This document shows positions 14,190 to 23,255 of a stretch of DNA of 32,000 bases, piece after piece (the first letter of the stretch is position 1; each line of letters opens with the position of its first letter). The notes beneath the pieces were generated by a model that did not search any database, was not told the DNA's origin, and saw only the letters and a program-made list of their open reading frames with translations. Made by a program: the position numbers and the translations under genes. Source of the DNA: Methylorubrum extorquens. GTDB taxonomy: Bacteria > Pseudomonadota > Alphaproteobacteria > Rhizobiales > Beijerinckiaceae. The stretch is taken from contig LT962688.1 in assembly GCA_900234795.1 (NCBI GenBank), positions 1,260,001 through 1,292,000 on the forward strand, read 5' to 3'.

Positions 14190-16871
14190 TCAGGCGTGAA
14201 CGGTGAAGCAGGCACCGTCGGCGTTCTCGACGTCGAGGCGGGCGCCGATCTGGTCGAGCATGGCACGGATCAGCTTCATGCCGAGCCCGGTGCCCCGCGC
14301 CTTGGCGTTCTCCCAGCCCGTCGGCATGCCCTCGCCGTCATCGCAGATCCTGAGGCGGACGGCCGCCCCTTCGCCGCCGGCCACGGAGACGCTGATCCGC
14401 GCGCCCTTCTCGGGCTTGCCGGCATATTTGAATGCGTTGGTGACGAGTTCGGTGGTGATCAGCGAGAGCGCCACCGCGTGCCGATAGGGCACCATCAGGC
14501 CGGGCTCGGCGGTCAGCTCGACGCTGTGCTCATCGCCGGCCATACCGGCGAGGTCGCTGCACAGGGTCTGGATGGTCTGGCCGAGATCGACCTGCTCCAT
14601 GCTCTCGCCCTGGTACAGGCTGTCATGCACCCGCGCGACGCTCATGACGCGGGCCGAGGTCTCGGAGAAGGCTTGGCGCGCCTCCGGGTCGGCGATCTGC
14701 CGGCGCTGCATGTGCAGGAAGGCCGTCACGATCTGCAGCGAGTTCTTCACCCGGTGGTCGATCTCGCGGGTGAGCAGATCCTTCTGCTCCAGCAGGCGCT
14801 CCTTGTCGGCCAGCAGCCCCGTCAGCTCGTCGATCTTGCGGCGCTGGCGCAGCACCACGCCGTCCACGGCGTCGGCGAGCTGCGCGGCGAGCGCCACCTT
14901 CCACGTCGCCCAGGGGGTGGAATGGCCACGGCGCTCCTCGATCCAGCGCTCGAACGAGCGCCGCGGCAGCACCGCCACCGGGCCGCTGCCGGGCAGGACG
15001 GGTTTGCGCGGATCGCCGCCCCAGGTCACCGTGCTCGGCACCTCCGGCTTGACCCAGAACAGCAGATGCTGGCGCGAGGTGCCGACGAAGGCCGCCAGCA
15101 GCCCGCTGGCGATCTCCGTGAAGTCCGCGGCCGGCGCGTGATGCAGCACCAGCGTGTCGGTGACGAAGGTGGTCTCGTCGGGCGGCAGGCTCTCCCGCAG
15201 CCAGTCGGCGAGCGCCCGCACCTTGGCCGCCTCCGGCGTGACGCCGACGAGGCAGACGGCCTCGTCCGAGACGATGCCCGCACCTGTGGCGCCGAACAGG
15301 TCGAGCAGGGTCGGATCGCCCTGGGTCAGGGAGGTGACGAAGTCGTCGGAACGGGTGAGCCCGCGCACCAGCCGGCCCTGCACGTCGAGATGGCGCTGCC
15401 GCTCGCCCCAGAGCGCCTTGCCCTCGATCTCCTGCACCCGCATGGCGAAGGCGTCGGTGAGCACGGTCGCCGCGGCGCGGGTCTCCGGCGCGACGTAGTG
15501 CGGCCGGCGGTGATGGCCGATCATCAGGCCCCAGAGCCGGTTCTCGACCATGATCGAGATCGACATCGAGCCGTCGACGCCGAGATTGCGCTGGTATTCG
15601 AGGTGGATCGGCGAGAGCGTGCGGTTCTGCGCGAAGGTGAGGTCGATCGGCGCGTTGCCCGCGGCGCGGTCGGCCACCAGCGGCACGGGTACGCAGTCGC
15701 GGTCGATCACGAAGCGGCTCTTGGCCTTGGTGTAGAGGGCGCGGGCCTGGGCCGGGATGTCGGAGGCGGGAAAGCGCAGGCCGATCAGCGGGCGCTGCCA
15801 GTCCGGCACCATGTCCTCGGCGATGGCCTCGCCGTTCCAATCCGTGTCGAACCGGTAGACCAGCACCGATTCGAAACCGGTCATGGCGCGGATTTCGAGG
15901 GCGGCGATCTGTGCCGCCTCGGTCAGGGACTCGGCGGCGCGCAGCCGCATCATGGCGAGTTCGGCGTCGAGCGGGCTCGCGGCGAGGAAGTCCTCGGGGC
16001 GCTCCGGCGCCAGTTCCAGCTCGACGATCACCCGGCCGAGATGGGCATGGGCCACGAGGTGGAAGCGCTCCCCCCGCGGCGGAAGCGTGAGCGAGCGGCG
16101 CAGGAGCCGACCGTCGGTCAGGGTGTGGGCGGCGAGCCCGTCGCGAATCGCGGAGACGATCGCGCCCGGCAGCACCGCCTCCAGGTTGAGGCCGTTGGGC
16201 GGGAAGAGATCGGGCGCCAGCACGTCGGCGGCGTTGGCGCTGAAGGCCAGGATCTCGAGGCTCGCGGCGTCGGCGGCGAGCATCACCGCGTTCGGCTGGA
16301 TCGAGCCGGGAATGTGGATCGGCTCACGCTCGCACAGGCTCGGATCGACTGGCTCGGCCCGGCTGCGCTGAGCGATCGCCGCGAGGACGGCCTCGCGCGA
16401 GGGGCCAGCGGCGATCTGCTCCAGGGGGGTGATCGTCAGCCAGATGTGCCCGTTCGCCCCGGACCGCAGGCCGATTCGTGCCCGCAGGGGGGCCGGGATG
16501 CGGCCGAACACGAACTCGAAGGCCTGATCGGCCACGCTCCGGCGCTGGCCGCTGAGAAAGCGGCCGTAGAAGCTCGGCACGTTGGCACTCGGCACGAGTT
16601 CGCGAAAGAAACTCCGCCCGATCATCGTATTGGGCGGCAGGCCGCACAGCGCGCCCGCGGCCCGATTGCAGGCGAGCACGATTCCGGCGGCGTCGAGGGC
16701 AAGAATGCCCACGCCGAATTCATCCCGCTGCTCGGCGGTCAAGGCATCGAGATCGACCGGAAGGTCGACCGGACCACCGTTCGGCCCCACGGCATGCATC
16801 TGCGACGGATCGACCATTACGGCAGCCGGTATGCCTGCCACGCCCCGGTTAAGCAATGCCGGGTCTGCCAT
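14190..16871 (-). CDS. bphP: Bacteriophytochrome histidine kinase with an N-terminal PYP-like PAS domain (Ppr-like architecture) and HWE/HisKA_2 output
   Basis: ORF 14190-16958. The N-terminal ~125 aa align to photoactive yellow protein (FG..LD..G.VL..N.AAG...G..P...IGRSFF..VP....P.FYGRF). Next comes the biliverdin-Cys motif SLCEREPIHIPGSIQPN, then GAF/PHY regions, then the kinase IDHRVKNSLQIV...GWE...GTGLGMKLI. Start uncertain (ATG 16871, 16817 or 16799). The first 29 codons of the long ORF are AT3-rich and probably not coding. Confidence 0.9.
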   Translation of the reverse strand: MADPALLNRGVAGIPAAVMVDPSQMHAVGPNGGPVDLPVDLDALTAEQRDEFGVGILALDAAGIVLACNRAAGALCGLPPNTMIGRSFFRELVPSANVPSFYGRFLSGQRRSVADQAFEFVFGRIPAPLRARIGLRSGANGHIWLTITPLEQIAAGPSREAVLAAIAQRSRAEPVDPSLCEREPIHIPGSIQPNAVMLAADAASLEILAFSANAADVLAPDLFPPNGLNLEAVLPGAIVSAIRDGLAAHTLTDGRLLRRSLTLPPRGERFHLVAHAHLGRVIVELELAPERPEDFLAASPLDAELAMMRLRAAESLTEAAQIAALEIRAMTGFESVLVYRFDTDWNGEAIAEDMVPDWQRPLIGLRFPASDIPAQARALYTKAKSRFVIDRDCVPVPLVADRAAGNAPIDLTFAQNRTLSPIHLEYQRNLGVDGSMSISIMVENRLWGLMIGHHRRPHYVAPETRAAATVLTDAFAMRVQEIEGKALWGERQRHLDVQGRLVRGLTRSDDFVTSLTQGDPTLLDLFGATGAGIVSDEAVCLVGVTPEAAKVRALADWLRESLPPDETTFVTDTLVLHHAPAADFTEIASGLLAAFVGTSRQHLLFWVKPEVPSTVTWGGDPRKPVLPGSGPVAVLPRRSFERWIEERRGHSTPWATWKVALAAQLADAVDGVVLRQRRKIDELTGLLADKERLLEQKDLLTREIDHRVKNSLQIVTAFLHMQRRQIADPEARQAFSETSARVMSVARVHDSLYQGESMEQVDLGQTIQTLCSDLAGMAGDEHSVELTAEPGLMVPYRHAVALSLITTELVTNAFKYAGKPEKGARISVSVAGGEGAAVRLRICDDGEGMPTGWENAKARGTGLGMKLIRAMLDQIGARLDVENADGACFTVHA

Positions 16872-17040
16872 CGGCACGCATTTCGGTCCCCCCGAAAGTC
16901 GGACCAAGTGCCTGAGAAGACCGAGCTTTGTCTGATAACATACAGTCCTCCGCGACACAGTGGGTAGCCGGACGTCGCGGCGGCAAAGCGACGACCTCGC
17001 GTCTCGACGAAGGCAAGATGGCAGCCCCGGCGCGGGATAG

Positions 17041-18425
17041 TTACTTCAGGTAATCGCCGAGATCCGAGAGCGCCGTGTCGAGGCCCTCTTCCAGAGTCGG
17101 ATGGTAGAACGGCCGGTCGCGCAAGCGCCGCACGTCCAGCCCGTCCTGCACCGCATAGGCCAGGAGATGACCGAGATGCTCCGCCTCCGGGCCGATCAGC
17201 TCGGCGGCGGCAAGGCGCCCGTCGGCCTCCGCATAGAGGCGGATGCCGCCCTGCGCCCGGTCCATCACCCGAGCCCGGCCCTGGTCGCAGAAATCGGCGC
17301 GGCCGACGCGGTGATCCGCTTGCGGGTCGAAGCCGCCGCCGATCACGGCGATTTGCGGATCGCTGAACACCATGGTGAGCGCGACCCAGTGCTCCGGCCG
17401 CTCGGCCCCCTCGCCGCGGGCGAGCCGCGCGGCGTTGCGCCCGGCGATGCGGCCCTGACGGCTTGCCTCGTGCAGCACCGGGCGGTCGGCATTGGCGTCG
17501 CCCGCGATCAGGATCGGCGCGCCCTCGCAGAGCAGCGAGCGGGGATCGTGGACCGGGCCGCCCTTGTCGTTGAGGGTCGCACCGGTGTGCTCTAGGCCGA
17601 TTCCCGAAACGTTCGGCGGACGGCCCGCCGCGGCGAGCACCCGATCGAACGTCTTGTCTCCCTTGCCCCCCGGCTCCGTCCCAGCCGAGTCGCGCGCCCT
17701 CGCCCGCGATCTCACCGCTCTCGACCTTCGCGCCGAGATGCAGATCGAAGGCCTCCGAAAAGATCTCGCGGGCGGCCCGCTTCAGATCGGGATCGCGCAA
17801 GCCGCCGAGACTGTCGCCGGGATCGAACACGCTGGTCGCCACACCGAGCCGGGCCATGGCCTGGGCGAGTTCCAGCCCGACCGGGCCGGCGCCGAGCACG
17901 GCGAGCGAGGCTGGCAGATCCTCGATCTCGAACACAGTGTCGGTGGTGAGAACCCGGTCGCCCAGCCCCTTCAACGGCTCGGGCACGCTCGGGCTGGAGC
18001 CGGTCGCCAGCACCGCCGCCTTGAAACGCAGGCGGGTGTGGTCGTCGATGCGCAAGGCATCCGGCCCCTCGAACACGGCCCGCCCTGTGAGGCGCGTCTC
18101 GTCGGGGAAGGTGTCGACCCCCCTCGAAGACGGATCCCACGAAGCGGTCGCGCAGGCGCCGCATCCGGGCCAGCACCGCCGGGCCATCGACCCGCACCTC
18201 GCCGACGCGGATGCCGAGCCGGTGCGCCGCGCGGGCCTCCTGCGCCGCCTCGGCCGCGGTGATCAGCAGCTTCGAGGGCATGCAGCCGACGCGGGCGCAG
18301 GTGGTGCCGCCGGGGCCCTGCTCGATCAGCACGGAGCGGACGCCCGCATCAAGGGCGGCGCGGTGGGCGGCGATGCCGGCGGTGCCGGCCCCGATCACCG
18401 CGACGTCGCAGGAGAGGTCCCGCAT
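17041..18425 (-). pseudogene. Dihydrolipoyl dehydrogenase-family FAD-dependent disulfide oxidoreductase, frame broken twice
   Basis: Three minus-strand ORFs in different frames tile one protein. Frame A, 17712-18425: MRDLSCDVAVIGAGTAGI...GGTTCARVGCMPSK...RDRFVGSVFEG. Frame B, within 16817-18187: VDTFPDETRLTGRAVFEGP...AVLATGSSP...LAVLGAGPVGLELA. Frame C, 17041-17715: GDKTFDRVLAAAGRPPNV...PILIAGDAN...HPTLEE. The breaks are at the C6 runs 18118-18123 and 17666-17671. Deleting one base at each restores a ~460-aa frame. Confidence 0.8.
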
Positions 18426-18428
18426 CGC

Positions 18429-19235
18429 TCAGGACGCCATGGTGAGGACGGCACCGCCATCGACGCGCAGGTTCTCGCCGGTGATGAAGCTCGCCTGCTC
18501 CGAGCACAGGAAGGCCACCGCCGACGCGACCTCCTCGACCCGGCCGCGGCGCTTGACGACGATGCCGGGGCGCTTCTCTTCGAGGAAGCTCTCGATCGCC
18601 TCGTCGAAGGAGACGCCGAGTTCCCCGGCGCGCTTCTCCATCATCGCGTCGGTCATGGGAGAGGCGACGAAGGCGGGCGCCACCGAGTTCACCAGCACCC
18701 CATCCGGCCCGTAGGCCTTGGAGAGGCCCTTGGTCAGGTTCATCAGGCCGGCCTTGGCGGCGCAGTAGGGCAGCTCCTCGACATAGGGCTGCACCGCGTC
18801 CTCGGAGGTGAAGAACACGATCCGCCCCCATTTCTGGGTCCGCATCCCGGGGATGAAGGCGCGCGCCATCCGCACCGCCGCCATTAGGTCGGCCTGGATC
18901 GTCGACATCCAGCCCTCGTCGTCGATCTCCAGGAAGTCGCCGGTGGCGCCGGTAACGCCGGCGGCGTTGACGAGGATGGTGGGTGTCTCGCCGAAGGCTT
19001 GGTCGGCGAAGTCGCGCAGCTTGCGGGCCCCCGCATCCGACGAGAGGTCGGCCTGGCAGAACTTGACCGGGCCGAGCGCCGCGAGCCGCGCGGCCGCCTC
19101 CTCCAGTTCCTTCTCCTTCAGGTCGGAGAGGACGACTTTGACGCCTTCGCGCAGCAGATATTCCGCGCTCGCGTAGCCCATACCGGAATCGCCACCGGTG
19201 ATGACCGCGACGCGACCGCTGATGCCGAGATCCAT
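18429..19235 (-). CDS. SDR-family short-chain dehydrogenase/reductase
   Basis: ATG 19235 (MDLGISGRVAVITGGDSGMGYA) with GGAAGAGGA upstream. It has the TGxxxGxG cofactor motif, the catalytic YCAAK and NAAG. Its stop lies 3 nt before the start of the lpd-like gene (TGAGCGATG), suggesting an operon. Confidence 0.9.
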   Translation of the reverse strand: MDLGISGRVAVITGGDSGMGYASAEYLLREGVKVVLSDLKEKELEEAAARLAALGPVKFCQADLSSDAGARKLRDFADQAFGETPTILVNAAGVTGATGDFLEIDDEGWMSTIQADLMAAVRMARAFIPGMRTQKWGRIVFFTSEDAVQPYVEELPYCAAKAGLMNLTKGLSKAYGPDGVLVNSVAPAFVASPMTDAMMEKRAGELGVSFDEAIESFLEEKRPGIVVKRRGRVEEVASAVAFLCSEQASFITGENLRVDGGAVLTMAS

Positions 19236-19520
19236 GAATCGATCCTCTTCCTTGGCGGCGTCCGGTTCGACCGTGCGACCTCGGCGCGGTGACCATTTGC
19301 TAAAACCGCGGGCCAACGGAGGGCGTCGGGGATCGTTCCAGCCGGCCCCCGGACTGCGGCGATCCGACCGCTCGCGCGGAGGGGACGACAACGCGGCTGG
19401 GGCCGCACCCGACGACGCGGCGGCCCTGGAAAGCGGCTCTTCAAAAAGTCTTTGCGCGACTCGGCGACGCACGGCACCCTCCGCACTCCGACATCCGAGA
19501 CGCGCATAGGGAGAGCGGCG

Positions 19521-19943
19521 ATGAGCGAGACCGAGGCGACGTCACCGGCCGTGCCCCCGAAGGGCGGCGTGGTCGCCTATCTCACCCTCGACGGTGCTCT
19601 GCGGGCGGCCGAATTCTACCGGAACGCCTTCGGCGCCGAGATCGTCGCCTCCGTGCCCGCGGACGAGAAGGGGCGGACCATGCACGTCCACCTCGTCGTC
19701 AACGGGGCTTCGGTGATGCTGTCCGATGCCTTTCCCGAATACGGCCACCCGCTCCAGGCGCCGCAATCCTTCAGCCTGCTCCTGCCGGTCGAGGACATCG
19801 CCGCGTGGTGGAACCGGGCGGTCGCGGCCGGTGCCGAGGTGGTGACGCCCTACCAGGAGATGTTCTGGGGCGACGTCTACGGGCAGCTCCGCGACCCGTT
19901 CGGCGTGATCTGGGCGATGAACCAAGCCAAGCGCCTGGCCTGA
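19521..19943 (+). CDS. VOC-family (glyoxalase/bleomycin-resistance, PhnB-like) protein
   Basis: ATG 19521 with AGGGAGAG upstream, 140 aa. Contains AEFYRNAFGAEI...MHVHLVVNGASVMLSD...MFWGDVYGQLRDPFGVIWAM, typical of the PhnB-like VOC fold. Confidence 0.8.
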   Translation: MSETEATSPAVPPKGGVVAYLTLDGALRAAEFYRNAFGAEIVASVPADEKGRTMHVHLVVNGASVMLSDAFPEYGHPLQAPQSFSLLLPVEDIAAWWNRAVAAGAEVVTPYQEMFWGDVYGQLRDPFGVIWAMNQAKRLA

Positions 19944-19962
19944 GCGATCGGAGAGACACAGC

Positions 19963-20429
19963 ATGAGCGACGCCGACGATCCCCGCGACCTCGTCCTCAC
20001 CCGCCTGATCCCGGCGCACCGCCGGGCGCTGTGGCGCGCCTGGACCGAGCCGGAGTTGGTGAAGCGCTGGTTCGCCCCGAAACCCTATACGACGCCGGTC
20101 GTCGAACTCGACCTGCGGCCGGGCGGGTCGAATCTCATCGTGATGCGCAGTCCCGACGGGCAGGATCTGCCCAACCGGGGCGTCTATCTGGAGGTTGTGC
20201 CGGATACCCGCCTCGTCGTCACCGACGCCTACCGCTCGGCCTGGGTGCCGTCCGAAAACCGTTCCTGACGGTGATCCTCACCTTCGCCGACGAGGCCGGC
20301 GGCACCCGCTACACGGCGCGCGCCCGCCACTGGACGCTGGAGGACCGCCAAGCGCACGAGGCGATGGGGTTCGAACAGGGCTGGGGCATCTGCGCCGACC
20401 AGTTGACCGAGCTGGTCCGCGACCTCTGA
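19963..20429 (+). pseudogene. SRPBCC / AHSA1-family protein, single frameshift
   Basis: ORF 19963-20268 (MSDADDPRDLVLTRLIPAHRRALWRAWTEPELVKRWFAPKPY...VVTDAYRSAWVPSE) continues in the frame of ORF 20031-20429 (PFLTVILTFADEAGGTRYTARARHWTLEDRQAHEAMGFEQGWGICADQLTELVRDL). Adding one A to the A4 run 20255-20258 restores SEKPFLTV. Confidence 0.8.
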
Positions 20430-20573
20430 GGACGCAGGGGCGGCGATCTCCAGTTTTCCCGAACCCAGGGTTGAAGGGGGCACGCGCCGCAAACCGAAAT
20501 CGGCGCGGAATATGACATCCGGGCGCGCGTTTGAGCCTGTGCACGACCTCCGTGCGACAGCGGGAAGCGACCG

Positions 20574-20813
20574 ATGCGTTTTGTCCTCATGCTAGCAGCC
20601 GGCGTGGTGTTCGGCGGTGTCCTGGCCGGCAGTCCGGTCGGAGCCGTGGATTGGCATCCGAACACCCGCCACCACGATCATCATTTCCACGCACATCACC
20701 CGGAGCGTCACCGCCACTACCGCGGGCACGGACACTCGCAACTGCATGACCATGGGCATGTGCGGGGCGAGCACAAGAAGCGCAGCCGCGCGCGGCGGGC
20801 CCATCAGCGTTGA
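20574..20813 (+). CDS. Small secreted histidine-rich protein (hypothetical)
   Basis: 79 aa. A signal-peptide-like N-terminus MRFVLMLAAGVVFGGVLAGSPVGA is followed by 55 residues containing 17 His (HHDHHFHAHHPERHRHYRGHGHSQLHDHGH). GGGAAG lies 6 nt upstream of the ATG. No homolog is known to me. Confidence 0.45.
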   Translation: MRFVLMLAAGVVFGGVLAGSPVGAVDWHPNTRHHDHHFHAHHPERHRHYRGHGHSQLHDHGHVRGEHKKRSRARRAHQR

Positions 20814-20871
20814 CGCAGCGCCGCCGCCCGGCACGGCCGGGCGGCGGCTTAGGATCGATCGATGGCTCGCC

Positions 20872-21823
20872 TCAGGCCGCTTCGCCCAGGCACCACGCCA
20901 GGATGCCTTTCTGCGCGTGCAGGCGGTTCTCGGCCTCGTCGAACACCACCGATTGCGGACCGTCGATCACCTCGGCGGTGACCTCCTCGCCGCGATGCGC
21001 GGGCAGGCAGTGCATGAACAGCGCGTCCTTGGAGGCGGACTTCATCAGCGCCGCATCCACCCGGTAGGGCGAGAGCAGGTTGTGGCGGAAATGCTCGTCG
21101 TCGTCGCCCATGGAGACCCAGCAATCGGTGACCACGAGATCGGCCCCCTCGACCGCCGCGTGGGCGTCGGTGGTGGCGTTGACCCGCGCGCCCTCGCGCT
21201 TAGCCCAATCGACGAGGGCCGGCGGCATCGCCAGTTCCCCGCGGCGCGGCAACGTTGAGGGTGAAGTCGAAGCGGGCGGCGGCGTGGACCCAGCTCGCCA
21301 GCACGTTGTTGGCGTCGCCCGACCACGCGACCGTGCGACCCCGGATCGGCCCGCGATGCTCCTCGAAGGTCAGCAGGTCGGCCATGATCTGACAGGGATG
21401 CGAGGCCTTGGTCAGCGCGTTGATGACCGGCACCTCGGCATGCTCGGCCAGCTCCATCACCAGGCCGTGGTCGAGGGTCCGGATCACGATCGCATCGACG
21501 AAGCGCGACAGCACGCGGGCGGTGTCGGACACCGTCTCGCCACGGCCGAGCTGCATCTCCTTGCCGGTCAGCATCAGGGTGTCGCCGCCGAGTTCGCGCA
21601 TCGCCACGTCGAAGGAGACGCGGGTGCGGGTCGATGGCCGGTCGAACACCATCGCCAGCATCTTGCCGGTGAGCGGTCGCTCCGCCGCGCGCTGGCCCTT
21701 TACCCGCACGCGCTTCATCGCGGCGGAGGTGTCGAGGACACCGCGCAGGGTCTCGGCGGAGAGATCCTTCAGGTCGAGGAAGTGGCGGACATGCGGGCCG
21801 CTGCCGTTCAGGGTCGTGGTCAT
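20872..21823 (-). pseudogene. argF: Ornithine carbamoyltransferase, single frameshift
   Basis: ORF 21200-21865 from ATG 21823 ([22 protein letters not shown]...[16 protein letters not shown]...[11 protein letters not shown]...[11 protein letters not shown]) continues in ORF 20872-21252 ([17 protein letters not shown]...[11 protein letters not shown]...[13 protein letters not shown]). It has the STRTR and HCLP motifs. Its length of 952 nt is 3n+1. Deleting one base of the C4 run 21237-21240 restores ...AAPRELAMPP... Confidence 0.85.
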
Positions 21824-21851
21824 CTCAAGATCTACGCTCGCGGTGCCGCCC

Positions 21852-23042
21852 TCAGGCGGCCCCACGCATCTGCGCCTCCAAATCGGTCGCCGCGGCCTCC
21901 AGACGGGCCACGGCCTCGCCCACCTCCGTCTCGCCGACGATCAGCGGCGGCAGGAGGCGGACCACGTTGTCGCCGGCCGGGATCACCAGCAGGTGCCGCG
22001 CGCGGGCGGCCGCCGTGAACGTGGTGTTCGGCAGGTTGAGCTTCAGGCCCCGCATCAGCCCCTGCCCGCGCAACTCGGCGAAGACGTGGGGGTGCCGGTC
22101 GATCAGGCCCGCGAGCTTCTGCGTCAGCAGCAGGTCCATGCGCTCGACATGGGCCAGGAAGCCGTCACCCAGCACCACGTCGAGCACGGCGTTGCCGACC
22201 GCCATGGCGAGCGGGTTGCCGCCGAAGGTGGTGCCGTGGGTGCCGGCCGTCATGCCGCGGGCGGCCTCGGCCGTGGCGAGGCAGACGCCGAGCGGGAAGC
22301 CGCCGCCGATACCCTTGGCCGCGCTCATGATGTCCGGCGTGACGCCCGACCACTCATGCGCGAAGAACTTGCCGGTGCGGCCGACGCCGGTCTGCACCTC
22401 GTCCATGATGAGGAGCAGGCCGTGCGCCTCGCAGAGCGCGCGCAGGCGCCGCAGGGTCTCGCCGGGGATCACCCGCAGGCCGCCCTCGCCCTGGATCGGC
22501 TCGATCATCAGGGCGGCGGTCTCCGGGCCGATAACGGCCTCCAGCGCGGCGAAATCGCCGACCGGCACCTGATCGAAGCCCTCGACCTTCGGACCGAAGC
22601 CCTCGATGTACTTCTGCTGGCCGCCCGCCGCGATGGTCGCGAGCGTGCGGCCGTGGAAGGCGCCCTCGAAGGTGATGATGCGGTAGCGCTCGGGGTGGCC
22701 GCCCGCCGCATGATACTTGCGCGCCATCTTGATGGCGGCCTCGTTGGCCTCGGCGCCGGAATTGGCGAAGAAGGCCACGTCGGCGAAGGTCGCGTCCACG
22801 AGCCGTTGGCCCAGCCGCTCCCCTTCCGGGATCTGGAACAGATTCGAGGTGTGCCAGAGCTTTTGCGCCTGGGTGGTCAGCGCCTCGACCAGGTGCGGAT
22901 GGGCGTGGCCGAGCGCGTTGACGGCAATGCCGGCACCGAAATCGAGGTAGCGGTCGCCGTCCTCGGCGACCAGCCATGCGCCCTCGCCTCGCTCGAAAGC
23001 GATCGGGGCGCGGGCATAGGTCGGCAGCAGGGCGGAGGTCAC
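21852..23042 (-). CDS. argD: Acetylornithine aminotransferase
   Basis: ORF 21852-23099. The preferred start is GTG 23042 ([21 protein letters not shown]), with GAGGAGA 7 nt upstream. It has class-III aminotransferase motifs [29 protein letters not shown] and the PLP lysine in [11 protein letters not shown]. It lies upstream of argF. Confidence 0.9.
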   Translation of the reverse strand: MTSALLPTYARAPIAFERGEGAWLVAEDGDRYLDFGAGIAVNALGHAHPHLVEALTTQAQKLWHTSNLFQIPEGERLGQRLVDATFADVAFFANSGAEANEAAIKMARKYHAAGGHPERYRIITFEGAFHGRTLATIAAGGQQKYIEGFGPKVEGFDQVPVGDFAALEAVIGPETAALMIEPIQGEGGLRVIPGETLRRLRALCEAHGLLLIMDEVQTGVGRTGKFFAHEWSGVTPDIMSAAKGIGGGFPLGVCLATAEAARGMTAGTHGTTFGGNPLAMAVGNAVLDVVLGDGFLAHVERMDLLLTQKLAGLIDRHPHVFAELRGQGLMRGLKLNLPNTTFTAAARARHLLVIPAGDNVVRLLPPLIVGETEVGEAVARLEAAATDLEAQMRGAA

Positions 23043-23255
23043 GCGGGTCCGTCTCCTCGGGCTCGATCCAGGGAACGCAATGGCTCCCGAAGTCGCCAAA
23101 AGAAAGTGCCGCCTCGGGGGACGGGCGGCACGGGCGCGATTACTAAGAAACGAGGCGCTTCTGTCAATCGCAGGACGGCGCCGGGGCGGCCCGCGCCGCC
23201 GCGATCCGCCCGAAATCGACGCGCCGCGGTGCCGTCCGGCACCCGCTTTTGAGGC

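Noticed and set aside
16872-16958. N-terminal 29-codon extension of bphP (GTG at 16958)
   Set aside because: Codons here end mostly in A/T (GTA TGT TAT CAG ACA AAG ... GGT CTT), unlike the rest of the gene. PYP alignment suggests the protein starts further downstream.
14145-16967. 940-aa plus-strand ORF
   Set aside because: It is antisense to the bacteriophytochrome gene, whose frame contains PYP-like, biliverdin-Cys, GAF/PHY and HWE kinase motifs. The plus-frame product has no motifs.
21408-23252. 614-aa plus-strand ORF. Similar long ORFs: 25143-26438 (-), 26338-28233 (+), 29956-31968 (+), 452-1423 (-), 1697-2821 (-)
   Set aside because: Each is antisense to, or out of frame with, a gene of clear identity (argF/argD, hlyD-like, PCAT, MCP, fliK, flgD) and translates to Arg/Gly/Pro-rich sequence.
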